From Pseudogymnoascus verrucosus (lineage: Eukaryota): a stretch of 64,000 nucleotides of DNA. The stretch lies in the NCBI GenBank assembly GCA_001662655.1, contig KV460269.1. The stretch is one strand, 5' to 3'. This document shows positions 61,043 through 64,000 of this stretch, in pieces (position 1 is the stretch's first letter; each line of letters begins with the position of its first letter). The translations under genes were made by a program, and so were the position numbers. The notes under the pieces are model-generated. The model was not told the DNA's origin, ran no database searches, and saw only the letters and a list, made by a program, of their open reading frames with translations.

Positions 61043-62903
61043 ACGTACATGTATAGCGAATGTGCAAAACAAGCGAATGTGCAAAAATATCGCGACCACC
61101 CTACCCCCTAACTAAACTCGATAATTCCACCACAACATAACATGCCTTTTAAAAATGACGAGAGAGAGTTGACCTTAGCTATCCAAGCTATTCAAAGAGA
61201 CCCTACGCTACGCCTTTACGCTGTAGCTAAGACCTATTCTGTAGACCACCGCAAGCTTGCTCGCCGTCTACATGGTATGCAACCACGACGTGATATTATA
61301 GCCAATTCACGGAAATTGTCAAACCTAGAGGAATCAGTCCTTGTTCAACACATACTCAACCTAGCTGCTAAAGGATTTCCTCCGCGGATGTCTATTGTTG
61401 AAGATATGGCAAATCGACTACTTGCAACACGCGACGCGCCACGCGTTGGGTCGCGTTGGGCTTCAAACTTTGTAAAGCGCCACATAGAGCTCCAGACACG
61501 CTTCCAGCGCAAATACGACTACCAGAGGGCTAAGTGTGAAGACCTAGAGGTTATCCGTGGTTAGTTTGAGCTTGTACAGAATACAATTGCGAAGTATGGA
61601 ATCAACGATGCAGATATCTACAACTTTGATGAGACTGGGTTTATAATGGGTGTTATCTCAACTGCTATGGTTGTAACAAGCTCAGACGGGTGGGCAAAAG
61701 CAAAGAAAGTACAGCCTAGCAATCAGGAATGGGTTACAGTAATCTAAGGCGTTAGTTCTTAAGGCTAGGCAGTACCGCCATTCATCGTTGTTGCTGGCAA
61801 AAACCACCTTGCATCTTGGTATAAGAATAGTAGATTTCCAAGCGATTGGGTAATTGCTGTTACGGAAAATGGCTGGACTACAAACGAGAGAGGCATGGAT
61901 TGGATTCAGCATTTCGAGAAGCATACAAAGGCCCGGAGTGTTGGTGGTTATCGCCTCTTAGTCCTTGATGGTCATGAGAGCCACCATTCAGATGAGTTTG
62001 AGGAGTACTGCAAGGAACACAACATTATAACTCTCTGCATGCCTGCTCATTCTTCCCATATACTCCAACCGCTTGATATTAGCTGTTTTGGCCCTTTAAA
62101 AAAGGCTTACGGTCGGCAAATTGAAGATATGATGCGAGCTCATATTTCTCACATTACTAAGGATGACTTCTTTCCTGCCTTCCACGCTGCATTTAACATT
62201 GCAATGACAGAAAGTAACATTCAAGGAGGCTTCTGAGGTGCTGGACTTCTTCCATTCGACCTAAATAGAGTGATCTCTACACTTGATCTTAAGTTAAAGA
62301 CACCAACACCTCCAAGCTCCCGCCCTAGTACCGCTCAACCTTGGGTTTCCCAGACGCCAAACAACCTAATTAAAGCTATGTTACAGTCTACATTTATTAA
62401 AACTCGGATTTCACGCCATCAAAATAGCTCTCCAACCTCAATCTATGCAGCTATTGACCAGTTTACAAAGGGCGCATCGCAAATAATGCATCAATTAGCA
62501 TTATTAAAGGCAGAGAACCAAAACCTACGACAGGCAAATGAAGTACTAAGCAAGCGCCGGAGGGCAAAAAAAACACGCCTACGGCAAGGAGGATCACTTA
62601 GTCAACAGGATGCGCGGGATCTACAGGATGAGAGGGACGTTATGCAGCAAGTAGAGCAGGAAATAAGGGCAAGTGGTCGTCGCAAGCCGAGGGAAGAAAC
62701 CCGTGCTCGTCGCTGTGGAAAATGTGGTGGGACTAAGCATAATGCGCGCACTTGTCAGATTGAAATAGACACGTCTGAGGAAGAGGTCTCCGAGTAGTTT
62801 TAATTGATTTCTAGTATTGTGGTAGATTTATCACAATTCATATGGGGTAGTTGCGATATTTTTGCACATTCGCTTGTTTTGCACATTCGCTATACATGTA
62901 CGT
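61043..62903 (+). mobile_element. Full-length pogo/Fot1 (Tc1-mariner, DDE_1) DNA transposon, 1861 bp
   Basis: Perfect 51-bp TIRs (61043-61093 / 62853-62903) starting ACGT, each with internal agcgaatgtgcaaaa x2. TA target duplication at 61041-61042 and 62904-62905. Confidence 0.97.
61142..62797 (+). pseudogene. Fot1-type transposase with five in-frame stops
   Basis: Single frame: HTH, YNFDETGF, LVLDGHESH, HSSHILQPLD, C-terminal CGKCGGTKHNARTC. Stops at 61562, 61745, 61760, 61766 and 62234. Confidence 0.93.
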
Positions 62904-63018
62904 TAATTAAAGTTCATAGATATAAATGAAGCAAGATAGAATTTACCACCTTTTATCCATGGCAACCGAGGGTAGCTGTACTGAGATGAGCATCGTAGCA
63001 TGGCTTCTGAAAGATCTG

Positions 63019-63052
63019 CCGGGGTTTGCGGGGATCTGGGGATATTGCGGGG
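63019..63052. promoter_or_regulatory. Cluster of four SYGGRG (CreA/Cre1 consensus) motifs
   Basis: ccgggg 63019, gcgggg 63028, ctgggg 63036, gcgggg 63047. Confidence 0.4.
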
Positions 63053-64000
63053 GATCTTCGGGGTTCTAGGTTCTAGCACACGGCTGCCAAAGGTGTCATG
63101 AGATAGGCTTTATCCCCGCACCAATTTCTTTAAGGGTAAAGTAAGTCCTGCATATGGGTATTGACTATACGCGTATTTAAAGCTATACGCGTATTTAAGC
63201 TTGTAAGTTATAACAAAATAGTCATTACTAGCGGGGTAAAAGTGATCCGTCCATAAGCGTATTTGTTGTAAATTAAACTTCCATCCTACCACATCACCGC
63301 GCCAGTGATACAGATTCTCTCGTAGATTGTAGTCAGAATACATCAGGGGCTGCCTTCTTTGAATTTCCAGATATTTTTTTATTCTTTGACCAAGTCTGCT
63401 GTGGCCGGTGCTGAAGGGAGTCTACTCGTACTTGAAGTGGGAGCGGAGCTGGCAATGATACTCTCGTTCTCGATAGGAGACACAGAAAAGAATGAGGGTG
63501 AGTGGTGATGGTATAATGCGGCACCAGCTAGCTCCATCACACCGCCATTCCCAGAACTCATTGGTTTCCTTCTGTTGTATGACATGGTGGTGTGTGAGTG
63601 TTGCTGGTCCTCCCCTCCCCTTTTTCAAAGTGAAAAGGGTAGACTACCTGCAATCGAATCCGGCAAGAAAAAGGCAAAAAGACAGATAACATGTAGATAT
63701 TCGCTAGTATTCATCCAACACTACCAATTTAAGCAATCACTTCCTTTTTCTTTGCTTGGTAATATCTAGCTGTGTGGGTGAGCTCCCTCAGTTATGAGCC
63801 TAGATTCTCAGGCCACAGGGACCCGCGAAAGCCCCATATCGGCCCCATATCGGCTGTGCCCATGAAACTAGTAACGTTCAACACACTGTTACTAACACCG
63901 ACTCGATTTCAGCTGCAATCAACCCTAGTTTTCGGTTCCTAGGAGCTAGTAGCAAGACATTTTTGCTATGATCTCGCCGGAGTCTTTATGTCTAAGCGGG

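Noticed and set aside
63110..63585. Short minus-strand ORF pieces and a ctatacgcgtatttaa duplication
   Set aside because: May be a decayed gene, but no family is recognisable, so there is not enough support to call it.

Overview
Genomic DNA of a filamentous ascomycete (GT-AG introns with CTAAC-type branch points, Zn2Cys6 and WOPR regulators, a RIP-damaged pogo/Fot1 transposon). The left ~41 kb looks accessory and is eroding. It holds a PEP2-like pseudogene, a GNAT acetyltransferase, a FUSC/ArAE-type membrane protein, an MFS transporter, a deleted FAD monooxygenase, two tandem 2OG-Fe(II) oxygenases (one with nonsense codons) and an intronless 548-aa orphan ORF with a DDxxE motif. That ORF is my best candidate for a fungal arginine-containing cyclodipeptide synthase (RCDPS, AnkA/AvaA family), which would make this a secondary-metabolite cluster without an NRPS/PKS core. 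Further right are a MARVEL-like protein, a multi-exon DUF1996+WSC pseudogene that the ORF track does not resolve, an oxalate decarboxylase with an altered metal site, a GH1/GH95/sugar-porter trio, an MCT-type transporter pseudogene and a Zn2Cys6 TF. The right part is core-like: microbial-type PARG (DUF2263), mitochondrial Asn-tRNA synthetase, a ~9.5 kb low-complexity upstream region and a Pac2-type WOPR regulator. It ends with a GH3 beta-glucosidase and a full-length, nonsense-riddled pogo/Fot1 element in the GH3 promoter. Family calls come from motif recognition by eye, not database searches. Exon boundaries are manual.
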